Part shown: in pieces, positions 1 to 8,297 of the stretch
How the letters are laid out: each line of letters begins with the position of its first letter
How positions within the stretch are numbered: the stretch's first letter is position 1
Assembly (NCBI GenBank): GCA_029240195.1
Contig: JARBTN010000005.1
Span: 1-49,377, forward strand
Origin: Chlamydiales bacterium
GTDB taxonomy: Bacteria; Chlamydiota; Chlamydiia; Chlamydiales; JARBTN01
DNA: 49,377 nt
Direction: 5' to 3'
The notes under the pieces: generated by a model
Seen by the model: the letters and a program-made list of their open reading frames with translations, nothing else
Databases searched by the model: none
What the model was told of the DNA's origin: nothing
Program-made: the position numbers and the translations under genes

Positions 1-235
1 CTCGAATGGCTTTGATGCTGTCGACGGCATTTTTCTTGGCAAAGCGCCCAAGGGAAAGTTCCACAAGCAACAAGGGCAATCCTAAGAGAAGCACGGCCAA
101 AATGTAGATGAAGACAAAGGCCGCCCCGCCCTCTTCCGCGACGAGATAGGGAAAGCGCTGGATATTGCCAAGGCCGATGGCGGCTCCCGAAGTGGCCATG
201 ATGAATCCAAAGCGAGACTTCCAATGACTGCGCAA
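1..235 (-). CDS. Na+-dependent transporter, SNF/NSS family, 5' end only (gene runs off the left edge)
   Basis: The minus-strand frame is open from position 1. From TTG 235 (or ATG 199) it reads (M)RSHWKSRFGFIMATSGAAIGLGNIQRFPYLVAEEGGAAFVFIYILAVLLLGLPLLLVELSLGRFAKKNAVDSIKAIR. This is the NSS N-terminal signature (W-x-SR-x-GF...GLGN-x-x-RFPY) plus TM1/TM2. An in-frame TGA at 263-265 bounds the start. It is missing from the ORF track because it is edge-truncated. Confidence 0.75.
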   Translation of the reverse strand, partial: MRSHWKSRFGFIMATSGAAIGLGNIQRFPYLVAEEGGAAFVFIYILAVLLLGLPLLLVELSLGRFAKKNAVDSIKAIR

Positions 236-330
236 GCTTTTAACTCCCAGTAAAAAAATAGCTCATCATTTCATAACAAATTAAAAATTGTCAAGGCCCC
301 TTCTTGCATACGCTCTCTTCACGGAGCAGA

Positions 331-459
331 AATTAATTATTTTAATTGATAATATCGAGCATTGTATATAAAATATAATAAAAGCAAAAAAGTTTTTAAA
401 TAGATCTGAATTTAAAATCTGATCATTTTTTAAATAAACCCTTGATAAGGAGAAATTAA
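331..459. promoter_or_regulatory. AT-rich divergent promoter island (transporter gene / Inc-like gene)
   Basis: Extremely AT-rich stretch (ttaattattttaattgataatatcgagcattgtatataaaatataataaaagc...) lying between divergent starts. It contains several TATAAT-like boxes, and AAGGAG sits 8 nt before ATG 460. Confidence 0.35.
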
Positions 460-1056
460 ATGGACCCTGCTAGACGCTTAGAACCTAGTGAAAGAGTTCA
501 AGAACTTCACTCCCCGCCTTCTTCAATTGAGCAAGAAGGGAAGATCAATGCGGCTTTAGTTAAGAAAGTAGGCCTGACAGCATTAAAAACCCTGGCCGTC
601 TTAGGGGGCGTGATCGCTGGAATTGCCCTGGCCGCTCCTGTTGCAGTTGTAGGAGGCTTAGGCCTTACAGCTGACTTGATAAATGGCGCCGCATCCGCAT
701 TGAAAACCCCAAAAAAAATCGTTTTTTTAGGTCGGACCCCTCCTTCCAGGTTAAAAAAAATTGGTAAATTAGCTCTGATCATTTTAACAAGCCCAATTAT
801 TTTTACAGCCAATGCCCTCTCACTCGCTATCCAGTCACCTGTAGCAACGCCATATATCGCCTTTAAGACTGTATCTTATTGGAAAAGAAAGGGTGAAAAG
901 GATGGCGGTTATACTCTTATCCAAGCAGGCAAACAATCTTTTAAAGATTACTCTGCAGGGGTTAAGGAAGGGACTGCTAAGTTACTTGCCAAGGTTAGTC
1001 CGAAACAGAAATCACAGCCTCTATATAAGAGTGAGTTCACAAGTAACTTCCATTGA
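460..1056 (+). CDS. Hypothetical membrane protein, Inc-like (bilobed hydrophobic domain)
   Basis: ATG is preceded by an AAGGAG Shine-Dalgarno. A hydrophilic ~35-aa N-terminus is followed by VGLTALKTLAVLGGVIAGIALAAPVAVVGGLGLTADLI, two hydrophobic lobes joined by a short turn. A second hydrophobic block follows (IGKLALIILTSPIIFTANALSLAI). The gene is followed by a 16-bp-stem hairpin. Confidence 0.6.
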   Translation: MDPARRLEPSERVQELHSPPSSIEQEGKINAALVKKVGLTALKTLAVLGGVIAGIALAAPVAVVGGLGLTADLINGAASALKTPKKIVFLGRTPPSRLKKIGKLALIILTSPIIFTANALSLAIQSPVATPYIAFKTVSYWKRKGEKDGGYTLIQAGKQSFKDYSAGVKEGTAKLLAKVSPKQKSQPLYKSEFTSNFH

Positions 1057-1063
1057 ACAAAAA

Positions 1064-1111
1064 GAAAGGCTTGGAAGCCTTGGGCGTTAGCCCATGGCTT
1101 CCAAGCCTTTC
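1064..1111. terminator. Bidirectional hairpin terminator between convergent genes
   Basis: Perfect 16-bp stem: gaaaggcttggaagcc (1064-1079) pairs with ggcttccaagcctttc (1096-1111), with a 16-nt loop. The flanks are A-rich on the left and T-rich on the right. A second 18-bp palindrome, caaagggcgcgccctttg, lies at 1131-1148. Confidence 0.6.
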
Positions 1112-1218
1112 TCTTTAAAACTCTAGATTGCAAAGGGCGCGCCCTTTGCTTGGGAGAGGGAGCAGGGAGAGGGCGAAAGCCCTTTCCCGCAAACTTCTCT
1201 ACCGTCTTCAGCAAACCA

Positions 1219-2544
1219 TCAGCTGCCAAAGTCGTCTAAGATGACGCTATTTCTAGGCACACCGTAGTTGTCGAGCAATTTTAAGACAGAGGAGTTGTGC
1301 AGCGGAGGCCCGCAGACGTAGAAGAGGGCGTCTTCTGGGCTCTCCATGAACTTTAGCTTCCCCTCTTCGAAGGCGCGGAAGAGGTAGTTATTGCGAACCG
1401 GGTCTTCTGCCTTGGTCGGCCATTGATCTTCGGGCAGGGGCTCAGAGAGGACGAGGTGGTAGCTGAAGTTTGGAAATTCTTGAGCCAACGCTTCGTATTC
1501 TTCTTGGTAGATATTTTCTTTTAAAGAGCGGGCGCCGTACCAGAGCGACACTTTGCGCTTGGTATTTTCTGTCTTAAAGAGGTGGAGGATATGGCTTCTA
1601 GCAAATGAGGAGCCGGCGCCGCCGATCAGGAAGATCAGCTCGCGGTCGTCATTGATCATAAACGATTCGCCATAAGGCCCGGATAGGCGGATCTCATCGC
1701 CCGGCTTCAAGCTAAAGGTGTAAGACGAGCAAACTCCCCATGGCACATTGTCCACCAGTTGATTGTTGGCAAAGGGTGGGGTGGCGATGCGGATGTTGAA
1801 CATCACCTTTTTGCCTTCTGCCGGGTAAGAGGCCATGGAATAGGCGCGGATCACCCCTTTTGATTGGCTGAAGTCGATGATGCGATCGAACAGCTGGTAC
1901 TTCTCCCACTCGGTAAAATATTCAGGGTCCATCGTCGCCCGCCAATCGCCTGTATTAGTTTTAAAAGGGGGCACGTGCACTTGCAAATACCCTCCAGAGC
2001 GGTAGGGCACTTCTTCTGGCACTTCGACGACCAATTCTTTAATGTAGGAGGAGACGTTTTTGTTGCTGATCACACGGCCCACCCACTCTTTCACTCCGAG
2101 GCAGCTCTCTTCGACATGGACGCTCAAGTCCCCCTTCACTTTCGCTTGGCAAGAGAGGCGCCATCCGGCTTTCAGCTGCTTTTTGGTAAAGGTGGACTTG
2201 TCGGTCTCCAGCGGCTCATCAGAGCCTTTGGTGATTTGGACGCGGCATTGCTTGCAAGTGGCCTTTCCTCCGCAAGGAGAGGGAATGGGCAACCCGTTTG
2301 ATGTCAAAGCGGCCAGCAGCGTGTTGCCCGTATCGGCTTCTTTAGTCAAAGAGGGATCGTCGTTGATGGCAATCTTGCAAGTCCCTTTGCTCCCAAATTT
2401 TGCTTTGGTGAATAAAATCATCCCCGCCAAACCGACGCCGATGATTAGAAAAGCGCCGATGGCGAACAGGATCAATTGCCAATCCAGCTCTGATGGCATG
2501 GATGCTAAGAAATGGCCCTCATTGGAGAGGTGAAAAAGAGACAT
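1219..2544 (-). CDS. nqrF: Na+-translocating NADH:quinone oxidoreductase subunit F
   Basis: N-terminal TM helix (WQLILFAIGAFLIIGVGLAGMILF), 2Fe-2S ferredoxin motif (SPCGGKATCKQCRV), FAD motif (RAYSMASYP) and NAD motif (FLIGGAGSSFARSHI). The C-terminus YVCGPPLHNSSVLKLLDNYGVPRNSVILDDFGS is typical of chlamydial NqrF. The track ORF starts at TTG 2583. I prefer ATG 2544 (MSLFHLS...); ATG 2499 is also possible. Confidence 0.93.
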   Translation of the reverse strand: MSLFHLSNEGHFLASMPSELDWQLILFAIGAFLIIGVGLAGMILFTKAKFGSKGTCKIAINDDPSLTKEADTGNTLLAALTSNGLPIPSPCGGKATCKQCRVQITKGSDEPLETDKSTFTKKQLKAGWRLSCQAKVKGDLSVHVEESCLGVKEWVGRVISNKNVSSYIKELVVEVPEEVPYRSGGYLQVHVPPFKTNTGDWRATMDPEYFTEWEKYQLFDRIIDFSQSKGVIRAYSMASYPAEGKKVMFNIRIATPPFANNQLVDNVPWGVCSSYTFSLKPGDEIRLSGPYGESFMINDDRELIFLIGGAGSSFARSHILHLFKTENTKRKVSLWYGARSLKENIYQEEYEALAQEFPNFSYHLVLSEPLPEDQWPTKAEDPVRNNYLFRAFEEGKLKFMESPEDALFYVCGPPLHNSSVLKLLDNYGVPRNSVILDDFGS

Positions 2545-2811
2545 AAAGCAAAGCTCTCTTGGGTTATAACATTGAAGCGACAAGAGCCCTAAGAAAAGGG
2601 CAGATAAAATCTAAATTCGATATAGCGGATTCTTCTTTTTTAGGGAAGGAGGCTTGCCGTAAATCGTTTGCTTTTTTCTAAGATAAGCTCTAAACTTTTT
2701 TACTCCCTGAGGGGGAAATCGAGCCTATAATCTTCTTAAAAGTGATTTTAAGATGAGGTACGCTACTTAAAGCAAACCCGCCCTTTTTTAACATTTTCTT
2801 TGAGGACTGAT

Positions 2812-4647
2812 ATGACGGTAGGAACACTGGAAATCCATAGTGAAAATATTCTCCCCATTATCAAAAAATGGCTCTACTCGGATCGCGACATCTTTGTGCG
2901 GGAACTGATCTCCAATGCGTGCGACGCCATTCAAAAAGTGAAGAGATTGCGCGACCAAAACGAGGTGGAAGCTCAAGATGCCGACTTTCGCATCGACCTA
3001 GCCATCGATAAAGAGAAAAAGACGCTCACCTTTATCGATAATGGCATTGGCATGGACAGTGAAGAGGTGGTGAAATACATCGCTCAGATTGCCTTTTCCG
3101 GCGCAGAAGAGTTTGCCAAGCACTACCAAAGCGATTTGAAATCAGAGCAGTTCATCGGCCACTTCGGCCTCGGCTTCTATTCTTCTTATATGGTTGCCGG
3201 CCGCGTCTTGATCGATACACTCTCTTATAAAGACGGAGCTAAAGCGGTGCAGTGGGATTGCGACGGCTCGCACTCTTATACGCTCAGCGAGGGCGCAAGA
3301 ACGGAGCGGGGCACTTCCATCACCCTCTACCTGCAAGAGGACAGCCTCGAATTTTTAGAGGAAAGTCGCCTAAAGGCGCTCATCCGCCGCTATTGCTATT
3401 TCCTTCCCTACCCCATCTATATGGACGGGCAAAGGGTCAATGGAGATTCCCCTCTTTGGATGAAAGGGGCGCAAGAGTGCACAGACCAAGAGTACCTCGA
3501 TTTCTTTAAAGAGCTGTATCCGAGCGAAGAGGAGCCTCATTTTTGGATCCACCTCAATGTCGACTATCCCTTCGATTTAAAAGGCATCCTCTACTTTCCC
3601 AAGATGCGGCGCGACTTTGACTTTTCTAAAAGCCATGTCCAGCTCTATTGCAACAGGGTCTTCGTCTCCGATGATTGTAAAGACATCATCCCCAATTATT
3701 TGAATATTTTAAAAGGGGCCATCGACTGCCCAGACATCCCCCTCAACGTCTCGCGCAGCCAGCTGCAAATGGACAAGACGGTGCGTCAGCTGGCTGCCCA
3801 CATCTCTAAAAAAGTGGCCGATCAGCTGCAGCAGCTGTTTAAATCGGATCGCGAGAGGTACCATAAAGTCTGGAGCGCTGTCGAGCCGATCGTCAAGTTG
3901 GGCGCGTTAGAAGATGACAAATTCTATGCCCGCGTGAAAGAGATCATTCTTTGGAAAAACGACCAGGATGAGTGGGTGACGACAGACGAAGCTTTGGCCA
4001 AGTCCTCTAACAAAACGCTCTACTATGCCGAAGAGGGAAAGGTCTCTGATAGCATCCTCGCCGCCTACCAAAAGCAAAACTTAAGTGTGCTGTTTGCTAA
4101 GATGCCGCTAGATACAGCGTTCATTTCATTGCTGGAAAATAAGATGGAGGGGACTTCCTTTTGCCGCATCGATGGCGCCATTGAATCGCTTGTCGATGAA
4201 GAGCGGGAAAAAGTGGTTCTCGATAGCGAAGGCAAAACAGAAGGGCGCCGCATCGCCGATTTCATCAAGCAGTGCCTCGATGAAGAGATGCTCGAAGTGG
4301 AAGCGAAAAGCTTAAAAGATGACCAGCTGCCAGCAATTCTCGTCGTCAAAGAAGAAGAGCGGCGGATGCGCGATTATTTTAAGAGGATGAGCGAGATGCA
4401 TGGCGAAGCTTCAATTCCTTCCCTGCCTTTAAAGAAAACGCTCGTCGTCAACACCAATAATGAGGTGATAGACGCGCTCGTCCAGCTTAAAGATAAAGAA
4501 TTTGCTTTGGCGCAAGAGATGGCGCGCCATCTCTATCAGATGACATTGCTTGGGCAGCATGAGTTGGATCGAAAAGAGCAGACAAAGCTGACCCAATCGG
4601 CCTATGTGCTGATGGGCAAGCTAGCCAAAAAACTCATCTTCGATTAA
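2812..4647 (+). CDS. htpG: Molecular chaperone HtpG (Hsp90 family)
   Basis: GHKL ATPase N-terminus ILPIIKKWLYSDRDIFVRELISNACDAIQK...IDNGIGM...GHFGLGFYSSYMV and full-length Hsp90 architecture. The track start is TTG 2800. ATG 2812 has GAGGA 6 nt upstream and gives the usual short-type HtpG N-terminus. Confidence 0.93.
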   Translation: MTVGTLEIHSENILPIIKKWLYSDRDIFVRELISNACDAIQKVKRLRDQNEVEAQDADFRIDLAIDKEKKTLTFIDNGIGMDSEEVVKYIAQIAFSGAEEFAKHYQSDLKSEQFIGHFGLGFYSSYMVAGRVLIDTLSYKDGAKAVQWDCDGSHSYTLSEGARTERGTSITLYLQEDSLEFLEESRLKALIRRYCYFLPYPIYMDGQRVNGDSPLWMKGAQECTDQEYLDFFKELYPSEEEPHFWIHLNVDYPFDLKGILYFPKMRRDFDFSKSHVQLYCNRVFVSDDCKDIIPNYLNILKGAIDCPDIPLNVSRSQLQMDKTVRQLAAHISKKVADQLQQLFKSDRERYHKVWSAVEPIVKLGALEDDKFYARVKEIILWKNDQDEWVTTDEALAKSSNKTLYYAEEGKVSDSILAAYQKQNLSVLFAKMPLDTAFISLLENKMEGTSFCRIDGAIESLVDEEREKVVLDSEGKTEGRRIADFIKQCLDEEMLEVEAKSLKDDQLPAILVVKEEERRMRDYFKRMSEMHGEASIPSLPLKKTLVVNTNNEVIDALVQLKDKEFALAQEMARHLYQMTLLGQHELDRKEQTKLTQSAYVLMGKLAKKLIFD

Positions 4648-4657
4648 GAGATGACTT

Positions 4658-4728
4658 AAAAACCCGAAGCGACCTGGCTCATCGCATGGGCGCGCTTGGG
4701 GTTTTGAATGGGGGCTTGGCCCCCATTC
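4658..4728 (+). terminator. Two hairpins downstream of htpG
   Basis: aaaaacccgaagcg (4658-4671) pairs with cgcttggggtttt (4693-4705), with one mismatch. This is followed by a perfect gaatggggg/cccccattc hairpin (4706-4728, 5-nt loop). There is no clean T-run after the second hairpin. Confidence 0.4.
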
Positions 4729-4841
4729 ATCCCAGGCAAGTTTTAAGATTTCATCCCTCCTCCCCCTGAATCTGCCCCTTCTAAAGAGCCCACAGACGGA
4801 AAACTTGCCCCCTAACTTTTCAGCGTCTCAAGGATGCCTGT

Positions 4842-6029
4842 ATGCGCTTACTACTTTGTTTTTGCCTGCTGCTGACCTCGATAAGAGGCCTTGCCAAAGA
4901 GCCTTATGCCATCTATGCCTCCTGGATCGAAGACCCGGCGACGACGATGGTCATTCGCTGGATCACCGATGAAGCGGCATTGGGCCAAGCTTTCTTATTT
5001 AAAGAGGAAGGAGCAGAAGAATGGCAAAAGGCTACGGTTGAAAGGTCTCCTTTTCCAGAGGGGCGCCCCTACTCGATTTGCTCGGCCTCATTAAAAGGTC
5101 TTCGCCCCGATCAGGTGCACCTCTTTCAATTGGAGGGAGAGGCTGAGTGCTACCGCTTTCAGACGATGCCGGCACTTTTTAAAGAGCCGATCTCTTTTGC
5201 TGTCGGCGGTGATACGATGCGCAAAGATGTGCAAGATTTCAGCACCACCTGCCGTCAAGCGGCCAAGCAAAATCCCAGATTTTGCGTCTTGGGGGGGGAC
5301 TTGGCCTACGCTGCCGATGCCTTTGGGCTCCAAAAGGAGCATTTCACCTTTTGGTTTGATTGGATTCAGGTTTGGTCAGATACAATGAGAACACACCAAA
5401 ATCAACTCATCCCCTTGATTGCCGTCATCGGCAACCATGATGTCAAGCGCCGCTACAATCAGACGCCCAAGGAAGCTCCCGTCTTTCATGCCCTATTTCC
5501 TCTTCCAGAGGGAAAGACCTATCGCACGCTTGATTTTGGCTCGTATCTCTCGCTATTTCTTTTAGACTCGGGCCATTGCCATCCGATCACCGGCCGGCAG
5601 CAAAAATGGCTAAAGCGCTCCCTTTTAGAGCGGATGGGGCAAAAGACCCGCATTCCAATCTATCACATCCCCGCCTATCCCTGTGTCCGCGATTTTAAGA
5701 CGCTGCACTCAGCTTTAATCCGCAAGCACTGGGTTCCCCTCTTTGAAAGCGGGCAGGTGCATGCCGCCTTTGAACATCACGACCATGCCTATAAGCGCAC
5801 CTATCCCTTGCTACAGGGAACCGTCGACGAAAAGGGAGTGGTCTATTTTGGCGATGGCGCCTGGGGTGTGGAGGCGAGAGACCCCAAGACGCCGGAAGAA
5901 CTTTGGTATTTGGCCAGCTCGGCCGGCAAAAATCACTTCATCCTCGTCACTTTATTGGAGACGGGGCGCCTTTACCAGACCATCAGTGCTCAGGGCGAAG
6001 TGATCGACCAATACATTCAAGAAGAGTGA
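4842..6029 (+). CDS. Predicted exported metallophosphoesterase, purple-acid-phosphatase-like
   Basis: Signal peptide MRLLLCFCLLLTSIRGLAKE. Calcineurin-like phosphoesterase motifs are present in order: GGDT, GGDLAYA, GNHD, IPIYHIP, HHDHAYKRT. The N-terminal segment (YASWIEDPATTMVIRWIT) resembles the PAP N-terminal beta domain. Confidence 0.8.
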   Translation: MRLLLCFCLLLTSIRGLAKEPYAIYASWIEDPATTMVIRWITDEAALGQAFLFKEEGAEEWQKATVERSPFPEGRPYSICSASLKGLRPDQVHLFQLEGEAECYRFQTMPALFKEPISFAVGGDTMRKDVQDFSTTCRQAAKQNPRFCVLGGDLAYAADAFGLQKEHFTFWFDWIQVWSDTMRTHQNQLIPLIAVIGNHDVKRRYNQTPKEAPVFHALFPLPEGKTYRTLDFGSYLSLFLLDSGHCHPITGRQQKWLKRSLLERMGQKTRIPIYHIPAYPCVRDFKTLHSALIRKHWVPLFESGQVHAAFEHHDHAYKRTYPLLQGTVDEKGVVYFGDGAWGVEARDPKTPEELWYLASSAGKNHFILVTLLETGRLYQTISAQGEVIDQYIQEE

Positions 6030-6034
6030 GAGCG

Positions 6035-8269
6035 TTAAGCGTCTTCTTCTTTTAAATTCGGGTGCCGCTCGAAGAATTGCTCCATCTCTTGGGCGAAGGC
6101 CTCATCTCTTTTCACATCCTTGACAAAGACTTGCTGCTGGGTGAACGGGAAGGTAAAACCGGCCTCTGGATTTGGCTCTTCATCGATGAAGGGCACGCCC
6201 TGGTTTTTGAGCAATTCGAACAAAGAGCTGCGGTCAAAGCGATATCTTTTCTCGCCGGCCATCAAAAAATAGGGGTCTTTCATCGGAATTTTAAAAAGGT
6301 CGCAGTCAAATTCTGCAGGAATTTGCACCTCGGTCTCTTCTTTTAACGCCTTTTCCGTTTTTTTTAGCCAATGCTCTATCTCTGCCATTTCTTTTTGAAC
6401 GAGGCTCGTCTGCTTTGCAAGTAGGCGCTCATTTAAAAGAGCCTCGCCACCCTTTAGGGCCTCTATCACTTTTTTGAGCTGAAGGGGCAGCATGGACCAG
6501 GCATTTTTCAACTGCCAGAAGCTTTGTGCCTGAGCGGTTCTTTCCATGGAATCAATGGCGCGACGCCTTTCCAAAGTTCCTTGCCAAGTTTTCTTTGGAA
6601 AGAGGTAGGCGCCGAGGCCGATCTTTTCTAAAAACAGGTCTTTTTGATGGGCTGTGGCCACTGTTAAATAGGCCTCGCTCCCCTCTTCCTGCATTAAATT
6701 GAGCCACACCTTTTCGCTTAAAGCGGGAATCAAGCAGGAGATGACGAGGGGCTCTACATCTTTTAAGATAGGCTCTAAACACTCCTCGATTCGTTCTGAT
6801 GAGGGAGGATAACAAGATAAAATTGCAAAGACAGGCGGTGGAATGGGCGCTAGCTCCTGGCGTGCGATCTCCCCTTCCTTCAATTTGGTAAGGGCTATAT
6901 CAAAAAGCTCGTTATAGGAGAGCGTTCTATTCCTAGAGACGAATATTTTTTGATGCAGGAGAGAGTAGCCAGAGCGATAATCTATCTGCTGAATGACCTT
7001 GCAAATATCCGAAGGAGGGAGAAAGGGAAGGAGATAGAGCTTTTCCAAGGCAGAGAGAGGGGTATTTTTCAGCGCTTGCCTTTGAATGAGCTCTTGCACC
7101 CGATTCAGCCACCTTTGGTGGAAGTAGTTGAGAGCCGGCACATCCTTTAACAAATTGAGCAGCAGGGGAAAATGAGCAGAGTCAAAGATAAAGGCCTGCA
7201 TTTCCTCTGACAGGGGCTTTTCCTCTTCGATCAATAAAGAGATGTCTTCAAGCCAGATTTTCTTTTCAAGCTCTTGAGTCGAGAATTCCAGCTCGCGCAA
7301 GAAGCCGATGATCTGCCATCGATGCGCCGCTCCATAGGCGGCGATAGCTTCTTCAAAAAAAGTCTCCACACTTTCGCCTTGAGCTGCTGAGAAGCCCTTC
7401 TCTTTAAAAAGGGCAACCATCTCAGGCCATTGATCGAGCGGCAGGCGGCTCTTTACGAGGAGAAACAAAAAATTCGCGCATTGCTGAGCATGGGCCTGGA
7501 TTAACCATTCGATAATTTTTTTGGCGCAATCGAACCAAACATTGAACCCCTTAGACTGATCTTTGGCCGCATTGCATAGAGCTAAAAAGAGAGGGTCATA
7601 AGCTTCATCTCGCCCATACGGGTCGAAGAGATGAGCGCCTCTTTGCAGACAAAAGAGGGTCATCGCTTGATTGCCCGTATTCAACATGTGGTGCAAAAGG
7701 GTTTGCCCCTCGCTATCCTCGCCATTGATATCAGCTCCTTTATCTAAAAGCCAAACGACGGCAGCCTCTTGTTTGGCCTCTGCGGCCAATAGCAAGGGGG
7801 TTAAGCCAATGTCATTTGCCTGTTCGAGATCGCCGCCTATCTGCCACAGATACTCCAGCACCTGAAGATGCCCTTGAATGGCTGCCACATGGATAGCCCG
7901 ATTTCCATCGAACTGCTGCTGAGGGTCGGCGCCTTGCTGAAAAAGGCGAATGATGAGCGCTTCATCATGTGAAAATAGCGCGCTTTGCAGCCGTTGATTG
8001 GCCTCATCGGACATCATCGGCGCCAAGAAACGCTCTTTGGCCACCGCTTCAATTTGAGAAGAGCTCTCATCTTTCTCATCTTTGCGCGCTCTCTTTAAAG
8101 GGGGAGCAAGCTTTGAGGTCTCCTCTTCCCCCCTCTTTTCTTTAAGAGCCTCTTGTCCGCTTTGGCTGACGCGCCCTTCCGTAGAAAGGGGAGAAGGGGG
8201 CGATGAGATAGGCTCTTTTTCTTCCTCTTGGACAAATGGCGAGAAAGGGCGGCGATCTATGGGATGCAT
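6035..8269 (-). CDS. Ankyrin-repeat protein with C-terminal U-box-like domain (paralog 1 of a tandem family)
   Basis: ANK repeats (GNRAIHVAAIQGHLQVLEYL; GLTPLLLAAEAKQEAAVVWLLDKGADIN; GQTLLHHMLNTGNQAMTLFCLQRGAHL). The family core is shared with the two upstream genes. C-terminal sequence is IPAEFDCDLFKIPMKDPYFLMAGEKRYRFDRSSLFELL. The N-terminus is Ser/Pro/acidic-rich and contains KRARK. Confidence 0.85.
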   Translation of the reverse strand: MHPIDRRPFSPFVQEEEKEPISSPPSPLSTEGRVSQSGQEALKEKRGEEETSKLAPPLKRARKDEKDESSSQIEAVAKERFLAPMMSDEANQRLQSALFSHDEALIIRLFQQGADPQQQFDGNRAIHVAAIQGHLQVLEYLWQIGGDLEQANDIGLTPLLLAAEAKQEAAVVWLLDKGADINGEDSEGQTLLHHMLNTGNQAMTLFCLQRGAHLFDPYGRDEAYDPLFLALCNAAKDQSKGFNVWFDCAKKIIEWLIQAHAQQCANFLFLLVKSRLPLDQWPEMVALFKEKGFSAAQGESVETFFEEAIAAYGAAHRWQIIGFLRELEFSTQELEKKIWLEDISLLIEEEKPLSEEMQAFIFDSAHFPLLLNLLKDVPALNYFHQRWLNRVQELIQRQALKNTPLSALEKLYLLPFLPPSDICKVIQQIDYRSGYSLLHQKIFVSRNRTLSYNELFDIALTKLKEGEIARQELAPIPPPVFAILSCYPPSSERIEECLEPILKDVEPLVISCLIPALSEKVWLNLMQEEGSEAYLTVATAHQKDLFLEKIGLGAYLFPKKTWQGTLERRRAIDSMERTAQAQSFWQLKNAWSMLPLQLKKVIEALKGGEALLNERLLAKQTSLVQKEMAEIEHWLKKTEKALKEETEVQIPAEFDCDLFKIPMKDPYFLMAGEKRYRFDRSSLFELLKNQGVPFIDEEPNPEAGFTFPFTQQQVFVKDVKRDEAFAQEMEQFFERHPNLKEEDA
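6053..6322 (-). other. U-box-like (E3 ubiquitin ligase) domain
   Basis: Matches the U-box signature IP-x-x-F-x-C-x-I-x4-M-x-DP-x5-G-x-x-Y-x-R-x-x-I-x-x-(W/L)L nearly position for position. The second half is divergent. Confidence 0.6.
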
Positions 8270-8297
8270 GGCAACTCTTTTTTTAATCGATTAATTT

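Noticed and set aside
2584-2811. Looked for a CIRCE/HrcA operator (TTAGCACTC-N9-GAGTGCTAA) upstream of htpG.
   Set aside because: No match or close variant is present. Only weak sigma-70-like hexamers (e.g. TATAAT at ~2727) were seen, and I could not pair them with a convincing -35.
6030-6034. Convergent genes (phosphoesterase and ANK/U-box paralog 1) are separated by only 5 nt with no hairpin.
   Set aside because: This is real but not obviously meaningful. It implies overlapping 3' UTRs or read-through, and is mentioned only as context for the array boundary.
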